From: Candidatus Melainabacteria bacterium 17Bon1m
GTDB lineage: Bacteria > Cyanobacteriota > Vampirovibrionia > Obscuribacterales > Obscuribacteraceae
Length of the DNA stretch: 64,000 nucleotides
NCBI GenBank assembly: GCA_032128875.1
Contig: JAVLKG010000008.1
Location: 192,001-256,000, forward strand
Reading direction: 5' to 3'
Shown: positions 38,502 to 48,852 of the stretch, piece by piece
How the letters are laid out: each line of letters starts with the position of its first letter
Numbering within the stretch: position 1 is the first letter of the stretch
Translations under genes and position numbers: made by a program
Notes under the pieces: generated by a model
The model's input: the letters and a program-made list of their open reading frames with translations, nothing else
Told to the model about the DNA's origin: nothing
Database searches by the model: none

Positions 38502-40883
38502 TTGCTGCAGAACCGCCCCACCCTCCGCACAATCGCCCTCGCAGTCGCCATCTGTGCCATGTCGACAACAGCTTGCACAACGAGTGCAAACGCAAAAGAC
38601 AGCCAGAAGCAGAACTCCTGCCGCCAGAACGACGAGAACAAAGGCGCCGTTGGCGGCAACCTGTCGTACCTGAACGTACTGGGCAAAAACCACTACAAGA
38701 GTCACAAAGGATCTAAGAGCGTTGCAACTGGTTTTGAAACAGTTGGCGACCACTACTCGACGACATCAGCCGGCCACGGTTACAAAATTGGCAAAGGCGT
38801 AGCTTCTACGGCAAAGCAAGACTCGAAATCCAACTCAGGAAAAGGCAACACACCCGGACTGGGCGGATTCATGAAGGGCAAATTCGATTCTGGTTCGAAC
38901 AGCAGCGCAAACACAACAACAACATCCAACGCCAATTCAAACACCAACGCGGGCAACGGCTCTGCAAACGCCGGATTCGGTTTTGGACTGGGCAATCTGT
39001 TCGGCGCTTTCAACGGCTCTGCAAATGGTACTGCAACAAACGGTTCTGCGAACGGCTCTGTATCCGGTTCTGGAAATGGCTCTGTGAACGGTTCCGCCAA
39101 TGGCTCGGTATCCGGCTCAACCAACGGTTCTGCAAACGGTTCTGCAAATGGCTCAGGCTCCGCCACCAGCTCTGTTTCGGGTTTAATCCCCACACTTAAG
39201 CCTATTGAAGAAACTCGTTCAAATAGCAGCTCATCAAAAGCGCCTAGAGTACCAAGGCTTGGAAGTACTACCCCTCCTGCTCCGGTACAAGATCTTCCAG
39301 CATTGTCCGAGGAGTACATCAACGGAAGACAAATTGACTACGCGGAATACACCAATCGCTTGCAGAGATGGGCAGCAAGCGGTCAAACAACCACTTCTCC
39401 AGGCGGCAGCGGAACCGGCGGTGTTAGACCGCTTCCAATCATCCGCCGCCCAATTCTAACTGCAGAGGAAGAATCCGATTCTAAGAAAAAGCTCCCCGGT
39501 GGCGGAGGAAGTGGCGGTGGCGGCGGCGGCTTTTTGGGAAGCACTAGCGGATTTTTCATGCAACAAGCATGGAACTCGATGAATCCAAAGAGCGCGCAAA
39601 ACGATGCATCTCAAACGCGTCAACCAGATCCAAGTAATCCCAATGATTACTATGTCTCACTACCATCCGCTGATCGTACGATGCGCCAGATGTTTGTAGA
39701 GCTTGTTCCAGGTCAAGATCAAAACAAGAAAAACTGCCCTGGCGGTCAATGCGACAGCCAAGGACAACAGGGCAACTACGACCAACTCAAGCCGCAAGAA
39801 CCACCACAACCGGTCACCGCTGGTGGCTATGCTAGAGCTGCCGAATACAAGGAGCAAATCGAAGCACAAGTCGGAGATTCGCCAGAAGCCGCGGCCGGAG
39901 CAGCAAAAGCCGGCATGCAAAGCCAATGCCAAGGCGCTGGCGAAGCTGGCGCAGCGGGTTCGGTAGAGGGTCTCGAACAAGCTCTCATGGTTATGTTTTT
40001 ACCAACCTCGACAGTCAATGTCGCCAACGAAGCATCTGGCACGCCCGGCAGCACTCTCACACCATTTCGCCCATTGTCACAAGCGATCTGGATGGTGCAG
40101 AAGATGTACAAGCAAGTATTCATGCCAATGGCTATTCTTCTTCTCCTTCCTGGTGCATTAATCTTGAATCTCAAGGTCATGATTCAAGCTGGCGTGAACA
40201 AGGGTGGAGACGAAGATTCAACGTCGCCATTCGCTGCCATCATGCGTTCGATGATCGCTGTGTTTCTCATCCCGGCAACACAACTCATAGTCAGCTATGC
40301 ATCAGACATTGGCAGTGCAATGACGCATGAAGTGTCAGGTGCTACGAAAGTGATGGCACTTGTTGCATGGGCAAAAACTGCAATGGGCGAGTCGATGACT
40401 CCGCTCAATGGACAAGCAGCAGGCACCAGCAACATGCAAGCCGGCAAGGCAGTTTTCGCAGCAGTTATGAACACCGTCTCTATGACACTTGCTTACGGAT
40501 TGCTGATGCTGATTGCTTTTCAAATCACCATCATGTGCTACTTGATGTGTATGGGTCCAATTGCCGCAGCTTTCTATGTGTATCCCACAGGGGTAGGAAG
40601 GCTGTTTAAGCCAGTCTTTGCAAACTGGGTCGACGCGGTCATAAACATCGCATTGTGGAAATTCTGGTGGTGCGTCATTGTTTTGTGCATGCTTACAAGA
40701 ATAAATCTCATGACGTTCGTAGACATCAATCCCGAGTGGGAAGCCTACATGTTCGTCTGCTTCCTGGTGATGATGTCTTACGTACCGTTCTGCCCATTCG
40801 AATGCAAGCCGGGCGAAATGGTCGACAAGATATTGCAAAAGGCACAAGAGCTGAAAAAATCCGCCGGTGACCAGAACGGCTAA
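38502..40883 (+). CDS. Large exported/membrane protein: signal peptide, Asn/Gly/Ser repeats, C-terminal VirB6/TrbL-like multi-TM domain
   Basis: N-terminal hydrophobic signal, NGSA repeats, TM block with YL..GPIA..YP..F.NW. Confidence 0.65.
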   Translation: MLQNRPTLRTIALAVAICAMSTTACTTSANAKDSQKQNSCRQNDENKGAVGGNLSYLNVLGKNHYKSHKGSKSVATGFETVGDHYSTTSAGHGYKIGKGVASTAKQDSKSNSGKGNTPGLGGFMKGKFDSGSNSSANTTTTSNANSNTNAGNGSANAGFGFGLGNLFGAFNGSANGTATNGSANGSVSGSGNGSVNGSANGSVSGSTNGSANGSANGSGSATSSVSGLIPTLKPIEETRSNSSSSKAPRVPRLGSTTPPAPVQDLPALSEEYINGRQIDYAEYTNRLQRWAASGQTTTSPGGSGTGGVRPLPIIRRPILTAEEESDSKKKLPGGGGSGGGGGGFLGSTSGFFMQQAWNSMNPKSAQNDASQTRQPDPSNPNDYYVSLPSADRTMRQMFVELVPGQDQNKKNCPGGQCDSQGQQGNYDQLKPQEPPQPVTAGGYARAAEYKEQIEAQVGDSPEAAAGAAKAGMQSQCQGAGEAGAAGSVEGLEQALMVMFLPTSTVNVANEASGTPGSTLTPFRPLSQAIWMVQKMYKQVFMPMAILLLLPGALILNLKVMIQAGVNKGGDEDSTSPFAAIMRSMIAVFLIPATQLIVSYASDIGSAMTHEVSGATKVMALVAWAKTAMGESMTPLNGQAAGTSNMQAGKAVFAAVMNTVSMTLAYGLLMLIAFQITIMCYLMCMGPIAAAFYVYPTGVGRLFKPVFANWVDAVINIALWKFWWCVIVLCMLTRINLMTFVDINPEWEAYMFVCFLVMMSYVPFCPFECKPGEMVDKILQKAQELKKSAGDQNG

Positions 40884-41041
40884 AACGCCAACCTGGTGGC
40901 ACTCTTGCGAACATAACCAAATTGTGACAGGGACGTACGCACCTGTTAACTAGCCTCCTTAATATGTAAATCACCTGGAAGGTTGCTGTTCTGCCCCCCG
41001 GAGCAACAATTCGCTTCTTCCCCACCCCGAAGGCTTGCACG

Positions 41042-44000
41042 ATGCGTAAAACAGAAAAAGAAATTGCCGCAATTCTTTTCTCGCTCCTCACAGTTCTCCT
41101 CGTTGCTCAAAGTGCCGATGCTTGGCCGAGAAACACCGGCATGGACAGGCAACAGCAGGACTTCGACAGAGACCACAACCGCAACATTCCGCAAGGCGTA
41201 ATCAACGCTGTAAAGTGCAAGACCTGCCCAGCTCAAGACGCGGACGTAGCTGCCGTCGATGACGCAGCATCGCAATTAGCGAACTATGACAAAAACACTC
41301 CCAAGAACGTAGCTCAAAATGCACGTGCCGGTGGGCAAGCTCAAGCCACAGCCGCAGGCAACGCAGCTGGCGACATCGCGAAAAACGAAGCAATTGAAGC
41401 AATCGACTATGCTTCTCGCTTTCTAGTAAATTTCACTACCCAAGGTGGCAACAAGTGGAATTCAATTCGCGACAACATCTTTGTTCCTATGGCAATTCTG
41501 CTGCTCTTGCCGGGCGCAGTGATGACACAAGTAAAAGCAATCATCTCTGCCGGCTCGCCAGCTGTTGCTCCGACCAACCCATTTGAAGGAATTCAGCGCT
41601 CGATGATCGCGCTTTTCCTCATTCCTGGTTCTTACTTAGTAGTCAACTACGGCATCGACTTCGCTAACAGCGTTCAATACACAGTCAGCAGCGAATATCA
41701 GCGCTTGTTCGGCACTAATATGTATCAAGATGCTATCTGCGCAGAGATTCGCGCATTCAGCACAAGAAATGGTGCAGAAAACGAAGGATCGATGAAGGTT
41801 CCTCCGGCAGTTCTCGTCCCAGTCGGCAAAGGTATTTTCTCTGCAGCTGAAGGTCACCTCTGGGGCAAATTGGTTGACCCCTGCGTCGGACTTCTCATGG
41901 TTCCCCCCACTCGCGACGACGCAGCCATGCCCGCAGGCGCTATCGCTGCACGCGCAGTTTTGTATTCCACTAATGCCGGACTTTGCACAGCATGGGCTAT
42001 TTGCTGCGCGTTCCAAATGGCATTCATGTACTACCTCTTCTTTGTCGGACCGATCATGGCAGGTCTCTGGGTATACCCAGTCAAGTCATTGCGCGATGCT
42101 TTCCCCAACTGGGTTGAAGGTGTCATTTCCCTGTGCTGCTGGAGCCTTTTCTGGCACACAACCATCATGCTCATCGCCGCGTTTAAAGGAACCGACGATA
42201 CTGGTTTGTTCTTCATGACCGCACTCAATTTCCTTGCTACAGCCAGTGTCAAGCACGCTTTCGACTTCGCCGGATTGGTGAAAGCAGCCGGTATGAAAGC
42301 GATGGAACTCGGTGAAAAAATCGCTGCAGAAGCTGCTAAAGGCGGCGGAGGTGGTGGCGGCGGTGGTGGCGGCGGCGGTGGCGGCTCCGAAGAGGGCGGC
42401 GAAGGCGACGGCGCAGAAGGTGGCGGCAGCGCACCTGGTGGCAATGTCCCAGCAGATGGCGGCAACTCCGCTCCTGTTCCTCCTAAAGTCAGCCCTGCCC
42501 CGGCATTCCGCGGCGATGTAAATGTTCCAAAAAGCGGTGCAATGTTCGCTTCCTACAGCCCTAACGGCGATGCACTCAACCCTTCGTTCGGCACTGTCGG
42601 CGCTGATTTCGACAAAGCAGCCGCCAACGATTACCTCGCCAGCATGCCACCAGCAAAAGACATGGCAGGCAAGTTCGACGTCCTCCCGGGCGAAGGCGCT
42701 CAACCAATGTACTCTTACGACGCCAATGGCTATCGTTCGTTGGTTGCTAACACTTCCGCAAACGCAGCTACCGGTCAAGTTATCCAGGACGGCAAAGTCA
42801 ACACAGATTTGACCTTCGGCAACTCCAGCGTATACAGCCAAGCGCTCGCAAGCACCGTAACACCTTACGGCATGTCCCTCATGAGCTCATTGCCACCGGC
42901 TGAAGCTGGCGGTTCTATGCAAATGCTCGCAGCAGTTCCGGGCGCAACAGGCAGCGGAGTTGATGCTACCAGTGGCGCAAATGCCGCAACAGATGCCCAA
43001 CGCGTCGCCTTCCAAGACCAAGCCGCAGAGTCAGAACGCGCTCGTGTCGCAGCTTATGTTGCAGAGCAAAACAATGTCCGCTCGGCAGCAGGCAACGGTG
43101 TACAAGTGGCAGTCGCAGGCAACAACGGCGGCGGTACTTCATACTACGGCAAAGCTGAAGCAGGTTCTGTCGAATCCTACAGCGCAATGCCAGTTGCACA
43201 AGTCGGTGAAACAGGCATAAGAGGCGGAGTTGGCTCAACAGGTTACGTTGCATCCACTTCCGGCGGCTCCTACGCTTACGAAGCAACTCCGGTTGTATAC
43301 GGCAACAGCGAAAGCGGCGCACCGGAAGTTCAAAACGTCGCATCGCTCGACCAATTCCCGAAAGCAGAACACGCAAAACTCGCAGCAGATCCGGCAAAAG
43401 TAGCTGCAATCAGCTCTATGCCGTTGGTCGCAAAAACCGCACCAGCTCCAGCGCACCACGTACAACCAGCGCAGCAAGTGAAGCACAACGCAGCACCTGT
43501 TTACGCTAAGGCTTCCTACAATGCAGCTGACACCCGCCATGTAGCAGCAATCGATTCGCATCCGGCTCCAATTCATACTGCACAGCATCAACCGGCAACA
43601 GTGCTCGCCAAGCCGGTTGCACACGTTAATGCAATGGCATTGCCGCCAGCATTTGAATCGCACACTGCACAAGCTGAAGGCTATCTTGCACAAACTCCCG
43701 TGCACAAACAGCATGCAAGAACTGTCCAAGATGTAGCGTCTATGACACCCATGCCATTGCCTCCGAGAGCCAATAGCAACGAGCTTATCGCTCACCCGAT
43801 GCCGACCAACGTTGAGCAAGTTGCATACGCAAAGCACAGCGCACCAGCTCAAGCGATCTCCTACAATATGATGCCGGCTACAACACACGCAGCTGCACCG
43901 GCAACACATGATGAGCCAGCCAAAGTGGTCAGCAAGCTCAAAGATGTCGCAGTTTTCGCGGCACATGCAAGAGATACGAAATCCAACGACGAAGCACCGA

Positions 44001-44275
44001 TCACTTCATGGTTGCCCGGCACCATGCAAGTTCAAGAACTCGCCCGCTCGGCAGCTCCGCAGCTTCCGCAAGGTGTTGATGCCAATGCCCAGGTCGACGA
44101 AGTTTCCAAACACTTCGAAGACACCATCCAAAACTTGACCAACTCTGGCGCCTCGTACGATGTTGTTCAATCGGTGGTCGACAACTACCGCGACTATCTG
44201 CGTTTCAAGAACACTCAAGGTCGCGAACAACAAGTAGTTGCAGCTCCTCAAGTTTGGCATTCGCTGAACGCATAA
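41042..44275 (+). CDS. Large membrane protein: VirB6/TrbL-like multi-TM domain followed by poly-Gly and a long Ala/Pro/His-rich tail
   Basis: Shares F.PMAILLLLPGA, PF..I.RSMIA.FLIP, FQ...YL..GPI.A..VYP and F.NWV with the upstream gene. Confidence 0.65.
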   Translation: MRKTEKEIAAILFSLLTVLLVAQSADAWPRNTGMDRQQQDFDRDHNRNIPQGVINAVKCKTCPAQDADVAAVDDAASQLANYDKNTPKNVAQNARAGGQAQATAAGNAAGDIAKNEAIEAIDYASRFLVNFTTQGGNKWNSIRDNIFVPMAILLLLPGAVMTQVKAIISAGSPAVAPTNPFEGIQRSMIALFLIPGSYLVVNYGIDFANSVQYTVSSEYQRLFGTNMYQDAICAEIRAFSTRNGAENEGSMKVPPAVLVPVGKGIFSAAEGHLWGKLVDPCVGLLMVPPTRDDAAMPAGAIAARAVLYSTNAGLCTAWAICCAFQMAFMYYLFFVGPIMAGLWVYPVKSLRDAFPNWVEGVISLCCWSLFWHTTIMLIAAFKGTDDTGLFFMTALNFLATASVKHAFDFAGLVKAAGMKAMELGEKIAAEAAKGGGGGGGGGGGGGGGSEEGGEGDGAEGGGSAPGGNVPADGGNSAPVPPKVSPAPAFRGDVNVPKSGAMFASYSPNGDALNPSFGTVGADFDKAAANDYLASMPPAKDMAGKFDVLPGEGAQPMYSYDANGYRSLVANTSANAATGQVIQDGKVNTDLTFGNSSVYSQALASTVTPYGMSLMSSLPPAEAGGSMQMLAAVPGATGSGVDATSGANAATDAQRVAFQDQAAESERARVAAYVAEQNNVRSAAGNGVQVAVAGNNGGGTSYYGKAEAGSVESYSAMPVAQVGETGIRGGVGSTGYVASTSGGSYAYEATPVVYGNSESGAPEVQNVASLDQFPKAEHAKLAADPAKVAAISSMPLVAKTAPAPAHHVQPAQQVKHNAAPVYAKASYNAADTRHVAAIDSHPAPIHTAQHQPATVLAKPVAHVNAMALPPAFESHTAQAEGYLAQTPVHKQHARTVQDVASMTPMPLPPRANSNELIAHPMPTNVEQVAYAKHSAPAQAISYNMMPATTHAAAPATHDEPAKVVSKLKDVAVFAAHARDTKSNDEAPITSWLPGTMQVQELARSAAPQLPQGVDANAQVDEVSKHFEDTIQNLTNSGASYDVVQSVVDNYRDYLRFKNTQGREQQVVAAPQVWHSLNA

Positions 44276-44566
44276 CATAACGCATGAGTGAACGTCTAGT
44301 TGAACGCAAAACAGAGTGAAACTTAATTGGAATCAGTTGATCCGAGGCGGCGCCTCAACCTCCTCGAGGCGCTGCCGAAAGATCAGGAACTCTCAAAGGA
44401 TCTGGAGAGTTTCAAACAGCTCACACGTGCCATTGCAATTAACCGTACAAATAGTTTTTGACGCTAATCCAATATCACTTGGAACTTGAAGCTACCTCCC
44501 GCGTCCTACCAGTGACCCAAACACAGGAACGGCACATCAGGACGCCGAAAGCGAGGTTAGAGCAGT

Positions 44567-44902
44567 ATGGACGTAATCTACATAGAGCAAATGATCGCCA
44601 CACTGGAGACCAAGCGCGACCAGCACTGCTGTGAGAAACACCAAAAGATGGCCGGAGATGGCTGCATGGCAAGGTTTTCGCGCATGATCGACAGTTTGAA
44701 AGAAAAGCTTTCAATTCCGAAACCGACGGCACAGCCGGTCGTTACCGCTCGCGGCGATGAATTGAAGAAGGCTGAAAAATTGAATGCGAAAGCAGAAATG
44801 CTGGAACAAGCAAACGACCACGAAGCCGCAGAACAAGTGAAGAACAAAGCTCGCAAGATCGTGGCTAAAGAACTCAATGAGATGGACGGATTCCCGCGTT
44901 AG
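44567..44902 (+). CDS. Hypothetical helical protein
   Basis: 111-codon ORF, HCCEKH motif, charged helices. Confidence 0.55.
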   Translation: MDVIYIEQMIATLETKRDQHCCEKHQKMAGDGCMARFSRMIDSLKEKLSIPKPTAQPVVTARGDELKKAEKLNAKAEMLEQANDHEAAEQVKNKARKIVAKELNEMDGFPR

Positions 44903-45035
44903 TCGGTAATCAGGTTGTAAGCCAGTAATACGTATTCAAAAATGAAAGACAGCGACAGAGCATCGGTGAAGACAAGAATCGCCGGTGCTCCGCCCTTTTC
45001 GAGCCCTACTACGCTTTTTAGTATCACAGTGAAAC

Positions 45036-45087
45036 AAAAAAAGAAGTTGGGATGGAAGTAGCGAAAAGCTACATTCCATCCCGTTTT
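45036..45087 (-). terminator. Intrinsic terminator (possibly bidirectional)
   Basis: GGGATGGAAGTAGC/GCTACATTCCATCCC stem flanked by A7 and T4 between convergent genes. Confidence 0.65.
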
Positions 45088-45134
45088 CAGTGGAAGCCGA
45101 CTGCACGTCGAGGTGCAACCGGTCGCATTTGCGG

Positions 45135-46277
45135 TCAGTCGCCCGTGTAGCTCCAGAGCTTGTCGCGAGGCGCGACGAAGTCCGAAACCATCTTGCGCAG
45201 CGCGTCACGACGCTCAGCATCGTCGACACGCGACAGCATGACGCCGACGCGGTGTCCATTCGAGTCGCAACGATGCTGCGAGTCGTCGAACTTGGTGCCG
45301 CAGTGCACGTCGACCACGACTTCGAGCTGCCACGCCTCCTTCACGTCAGCGAGAGCCGCCTGCCAGTCCATGCCTTCGACCTGAGAGCGATAGCTCTCGG
45401 AGCGCCGGCTGGAAAGCTGCAGTTCGCGTTCGGCGCGAGCCTTCGCGGACTGCTCGACGAACATCTGCCGCCAGGCTTCGACATCCTCGGGCACCTCACG
45501 GCACCAGCGGTTGAAGCCGGATTCGGCGCGGTCGATGAGCTTCTTCCAGGCGTCGTCCAGATGGTCTCTGCTGACCTCCGGCTTTTTGTCCGCCTTGTAA
45601 GAATGCGCGATTTGCCGCATCACGGTGACGCGCAGCATGTCGTCGCGAGCCGGGTCACGGTCGAGAACGCTGAACTCGACGAGAGCCGCCCGCAGGGTGT
45701 AGCCCGTCAGTTCGCCGTTCGAGCCGTAGTTGGCAGCACGGGCATAGAGAACACCGCGCGCCGAGCGGGCAGCGAAAACGCGCTGTCCAGCCCGCTCCTT
45801 GTCGCTGCCGCCGGTGGACATCACCGGAATCAGGTCGCGACCGTCGAAGCCGCTCCACACCGCATAGCAGTCGCGCAGCCCTTCGGCGAGGCGATACATG
45901 TACGGCGCGATTTTGGCGCGATGCTGGACGTGACGGAAGTAGGAGCGCACTCCTTCGACCATCAGAACCAGATTGTACGAGCCCGGGGTCTTCGCAGTGC
46001 CCTTATCGCGCAGCTTGAACCAGCCGGGCTTGGACATGATCGGACCCTCGAACACGCGGTTGGTCTCCCAGTCGTCGTGACGGGCGCCGAAGGGCGCGAC
46101 GTACGACCGCGAGGAGAGGTGCAGCGGCTCGAAGCTGTCGCCGAAGGCGAAGTGCTCCGCGCCGGCGGTTGCTTGCTCGATGTACCGATCGGCGTCAGCG
46201 CGATTGGCGAAACCGAGCACGGGCAACAGGAAGCTGTACGAGTCGGCGGTCGAGGCAAGAGAAACCTTTGCAGTCAT
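45135..46277 (-). CDS. Hypothetical protein
   Basis: GGAG RBS before ATG 46277, strong codon bias, no motif recognised. Confidence 0.7.
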   Translation of the reverse strand: MTAKVSLASTADSYSFLLPVLGFANRADADRYIEQATAGAEHFAFGDSFEPLHLSSRSYVAPFGARHDDWETNRVFEGPIMSKPGWFKLRDKGTAKTPGSYNLVLMVEGVRSYFRHVQHRAKIAPYMYRLAEGLRDCYAVWSGFDGRDLIPVMSTGGSDKERAGQRVFAARSARGVLYARAANYGSNGELTGYTLRAALVEFSVLDRDPARDDMLRVTVMRQIAHSYKADKKPEVSRDHLDDAWKKLIDRAESGFNRWCREVPEDVEAWRQMFVEQSAKARAERELQLSSRRSESYRSQVEGMDWQAALADVKEAWQLEVVVDVHCGTKFDDSQHRCDSNGHRVGVMLSRVDDAERRDALRKMVSDFVAPRDKLWSYTGD

Positions 46278-46400
46278 CCTGAATCTCCAACGTCTCTCCT
46301 TGTGAAACAAAGCCGGCTGGGTGGAGAGCAAACCCAGCCCGGCATGATGAGTCAACCTTGCGTACGACGCGCGCGTCAGTCTGGCCGACGCGGCGAAGTA

Positions 46401-46778
46401 CTAGCCCGCCATCGAGAGCTTCTCGATGGCCTCCGGCAGGAGCCGGATGGAGAAGGGCTTGGCATGCGCGGCCTTGGCGCCGGCGGCAACGATCTTGTCG
46501 TTGCAGTCAGCGCTGATGCCGATGCAGGTGATCCCGGCAGCGACGAGCAGGGGAACGATCTCCCAGCCCTTCATGTCGCCGATGAGATTGCCGTCGACCA
46601 CGGCGAAGTCGAACTTCGTCAGGTCGAGAGTGAGGTCACCGTCATTGCCGAAGCCGATCAGCTGACCGCCCTCGAGGGACGCTCCGCCAATGACCGTGAC
46701 CTCGTGACCGGCATCCACGAGCGCATCCTCGAAAATCATCTGGTTCAGCGGCTCGTCTTCGATGATCAAAACACGCAT
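46401..46778 (-). CDS. Single-domain response regulator receiver
   Basis: VLIIEDE, VVDGNL, GISA, KPF. Confidence 0.85.
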   Translation of the reverse strand: MRVLIIEDEPLNQMIFEDALVDAGHEVTVIGGASLEGGQLIGFGNDGDLTLDLTKFDFAVVDGNLIGDMKGWEIVPLLVAAGITCIGISADCNDKIVAAGAKAAHAKPFSIRLLPEAIEKLSMAG

Positions 46779-46946
46779 GGTACATCTCCTACTCTTGAGC
46801 CAAGCAGCATCCGGCCGCTTGCTCTCGTTGCCTAAAAAACGCCGAACACAATCCGGCAGCGAGATAGTTCGAAAGCATTACCAAGCCTGAGCGCAAGCGA
46901 ACTTGCGCCCAGGCTTGGCTTGTCAGGTTAGATTAGGGCGAACACT

Positions 46947-47177
46947 CTAGGAGCTGCGCGCCTGGTTGGCAGGATTGCTGAAGTGACGCTCCGAACCGAA
47001 GCCACCCGCAAGGCGCGGAAGGGGCTCGGTGCTCAGCGGCGGAACGAACGAGTCGGCGATTTCAGCGAGCTGCTGAATCAGACGGCTCTCGCGGCGGGTG
47101 TAACGCCGGTCGTTCTGACGCTTGCCTCCGGTGTTGTTGGCACCGGACTCGGGCGAGAAACGATAGGACCTGCTCAT
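46947..47177 (-). CDS. Small hypothetical protein
   Basis: AAGG RBS, 76 aa, co-oriented with neighbours. Confidence 0.45.
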   Translation of the reverse strand: MSRSYRFSPESGANNTGGKRQNDRRYTRRESRLIQQLAEIADSFVPPLSTEPLPRLAGGFGSERHFSNPANQARSS

Positions 47178-47499
47178 TGTTTTAAACCTTGTTCTGAGGC
47201 AACCGAATGCGAACTAGCATTCGGGCGCAGTTGTATGGAGCGTCGCGTCAAAGGATTTGTCGCGACGTTTATTCAGATCGGAGAAAAGCATTGTCAGACT
47301 TTTGATGTGACTTTTGCGAAACACCGACCACAACTAGTTCTCGTCTTTGCATAGTTCGCAGAGAACCAGTCTGAGAATCGCGCGGCAGCACCGCGAGATG
47401 CTGAGGCTGGCTCATTCACTCGGATTTTTGAAACCGAGATCTGCGGGGGCAACCTGCGCATTACGCACATTTTGCAAGTTGCCCCTGCGGTGAACGCGA

Positions 47500-47856
47500 T
47501 CATGCCCCGTAGTAGCCGAGGTAGATCTGGTGGTCGTTGCGGAGCGCGCCGGGCCAAACTTCCCAGCCGTCCTCCTTCAACGCTTTCTTCGCCGCGGCGA
47601 TTTCGTCGCGAGTGCAGTCGGCGGGAATCGTCAACAGCACGTCGGGACCTTCGCCGGGGTCGCCCGCGAGAATGCGGTCGTGGTCCTGCTTGAGCCTGCC
47701 GACCAGAGTGCTGACGCCGAGCGCGAAGGCATCGACAACCGCACCACTTTCGGTGGCAAGGCACAGGCCGGAACGGCGGTTACTGAACTGCGGCGCGTCG
47801 TTGACATGCAGCGTCAAACCGCCCCGCACAGCCTTTTGAACTGACATCGTCGTCAT
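47500..47856 (-). CDS. Hypothetical protein (paralogue of 47920-48270)
   Basis: Aligned motifs VVD.F, L.....R, P.EGP.V, L..+GW..P..L....QIYL. Confidence 0.7.
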   Translation of the reverse strand: MTTMSVQKAVRGGLTLHVNDAPQFSNRRSGLCLATESGAVVDAFALGVSTLVGRLKQDHDRILAGDPGEGPDVLLTIPADCTRDEIAAAKKALKEDGWEVWPGALRNDHQIYLGYYGA

Positions 47857-47919
47857 CCTTATCGTTCTGAGAAGCTCGGGCGGAATTGCCCGAGCCGGTA
47901 ATCGTGAGCTGCCAGCGCC

Positions 47920-48270
47920 TTAGCTCTGGAAGTTCTGCAGATAGATCTGGTCGGAGCTGTGCAGCATGGCGGGGAAGTGGTCCCAACCTTCGTCGCGCAG
48001 CATCTTGAGCGCCTGCTCGATCTGGTCGAACGTGCTGCCGCGCTTCATGTTCACCTTCACGCACGGACCCTCGCAAGGGCGCTCGGAGGTGACGCGGCCG
48101 TACTCGCTCTTCAGATGCTTGACCAGAGCAAAGACGCTCTGCCAGAACGGATCGACGACTTCGCCATCGACCGTACCTTCGTGCACGGCATTGCGGCGAG
48201 CGCACAGCTTGGGCTCTTCGGTGACGATGAGCCGCAGCGCCGGACGCTTGGATTCAGTTTGCAAAGTCAT
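47920..48270 (-). CDS. Hypothetical protein (paralogue of 47500-47856)
   Basis: Same motifs as the paralogue, AGGTG RBS. Confidence 0.7.
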   Translation of the reverse strand: MTLQTESKRPALRLIVTEEPKLCARRNAVHEGTVDGEVVDPFWQSVFALVKHLKSEYGRVTSERPCEGPCVKVNMKRGSTFDQIEQALKMLRDEGWDHFPAMLHSSDQIYLQNFQS

Positions 48271-48399
48271 GGCAAACACCTATCTAAGATGGTCGGGACC
48301 CATTCCCGACTTCAGGTGTGGGCGAATGCCGGAAGCGAAGCGTTTAGCCTCACTCCCGAACATCCGCCCACGATTCATGCAGTCAGTGACTGCAGAAGA

Positions 48400-48675
48400 C
48401 TACGACTCGTTCTTGTCGCAGCCGCCGCAGCCACAGCACTTGTCCAGGTCGTCGCCTTCACCGACGGTGTCGGGTCGGTCGACGTTGGACATGATGCTCC
48501 GCACCAGGACGTCGGCAGTGGGGACCGGAAGCAGTCCCTTGCCGGCGATGGCGAGGAGGTCGCAGCCGCCATCAGCGCTGACGATTTCTTGCATGCTGCG
48601 AATCCCCGGAGGGGTCGCATCCAGCTCGAAATGTCCGCCAATGCAAAGCGAAATTCGGTCGGACGAATGACTCAT
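48400..48675 (-). CDS. Small hypothetical protein with Cys-rich C-terminus
   Basis: AGGAG RBS, ends KCCGCGGCDKNES. Confidence 0.55.
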   Translation of the reverse strand: MSHSSDRISLCIGGHFELDATPPGIRSMQEIVSADGGCDLLAIAGKGLLPVPTADVLVRSIMSNVDRPDTVGEGDDLDKCCGCGGCDKNES

Positions 48676-48852
48676 TCGTTCCTACTCCTTGTTGAAGTTC
48701 AGTTATTTACAGCCGACTTGTAGTCAGCTGTTTGGACTCGGCACCGTCGGCTGATTCCGAAGGCACCGCACCAAAAGCACTCAAGGGAGTGGCAAGTTGC
48801 CCCACCACTCCCTCGAGTTTGCCACCTCAGAGATTAGAGGCAGCGCCGCTGC

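Noticed and set aside
45090-46835. 581-aa plus-strand ORF
   Set aside because: Antisense shadow spanning two minus-strand genes, one a clear receiver domain.
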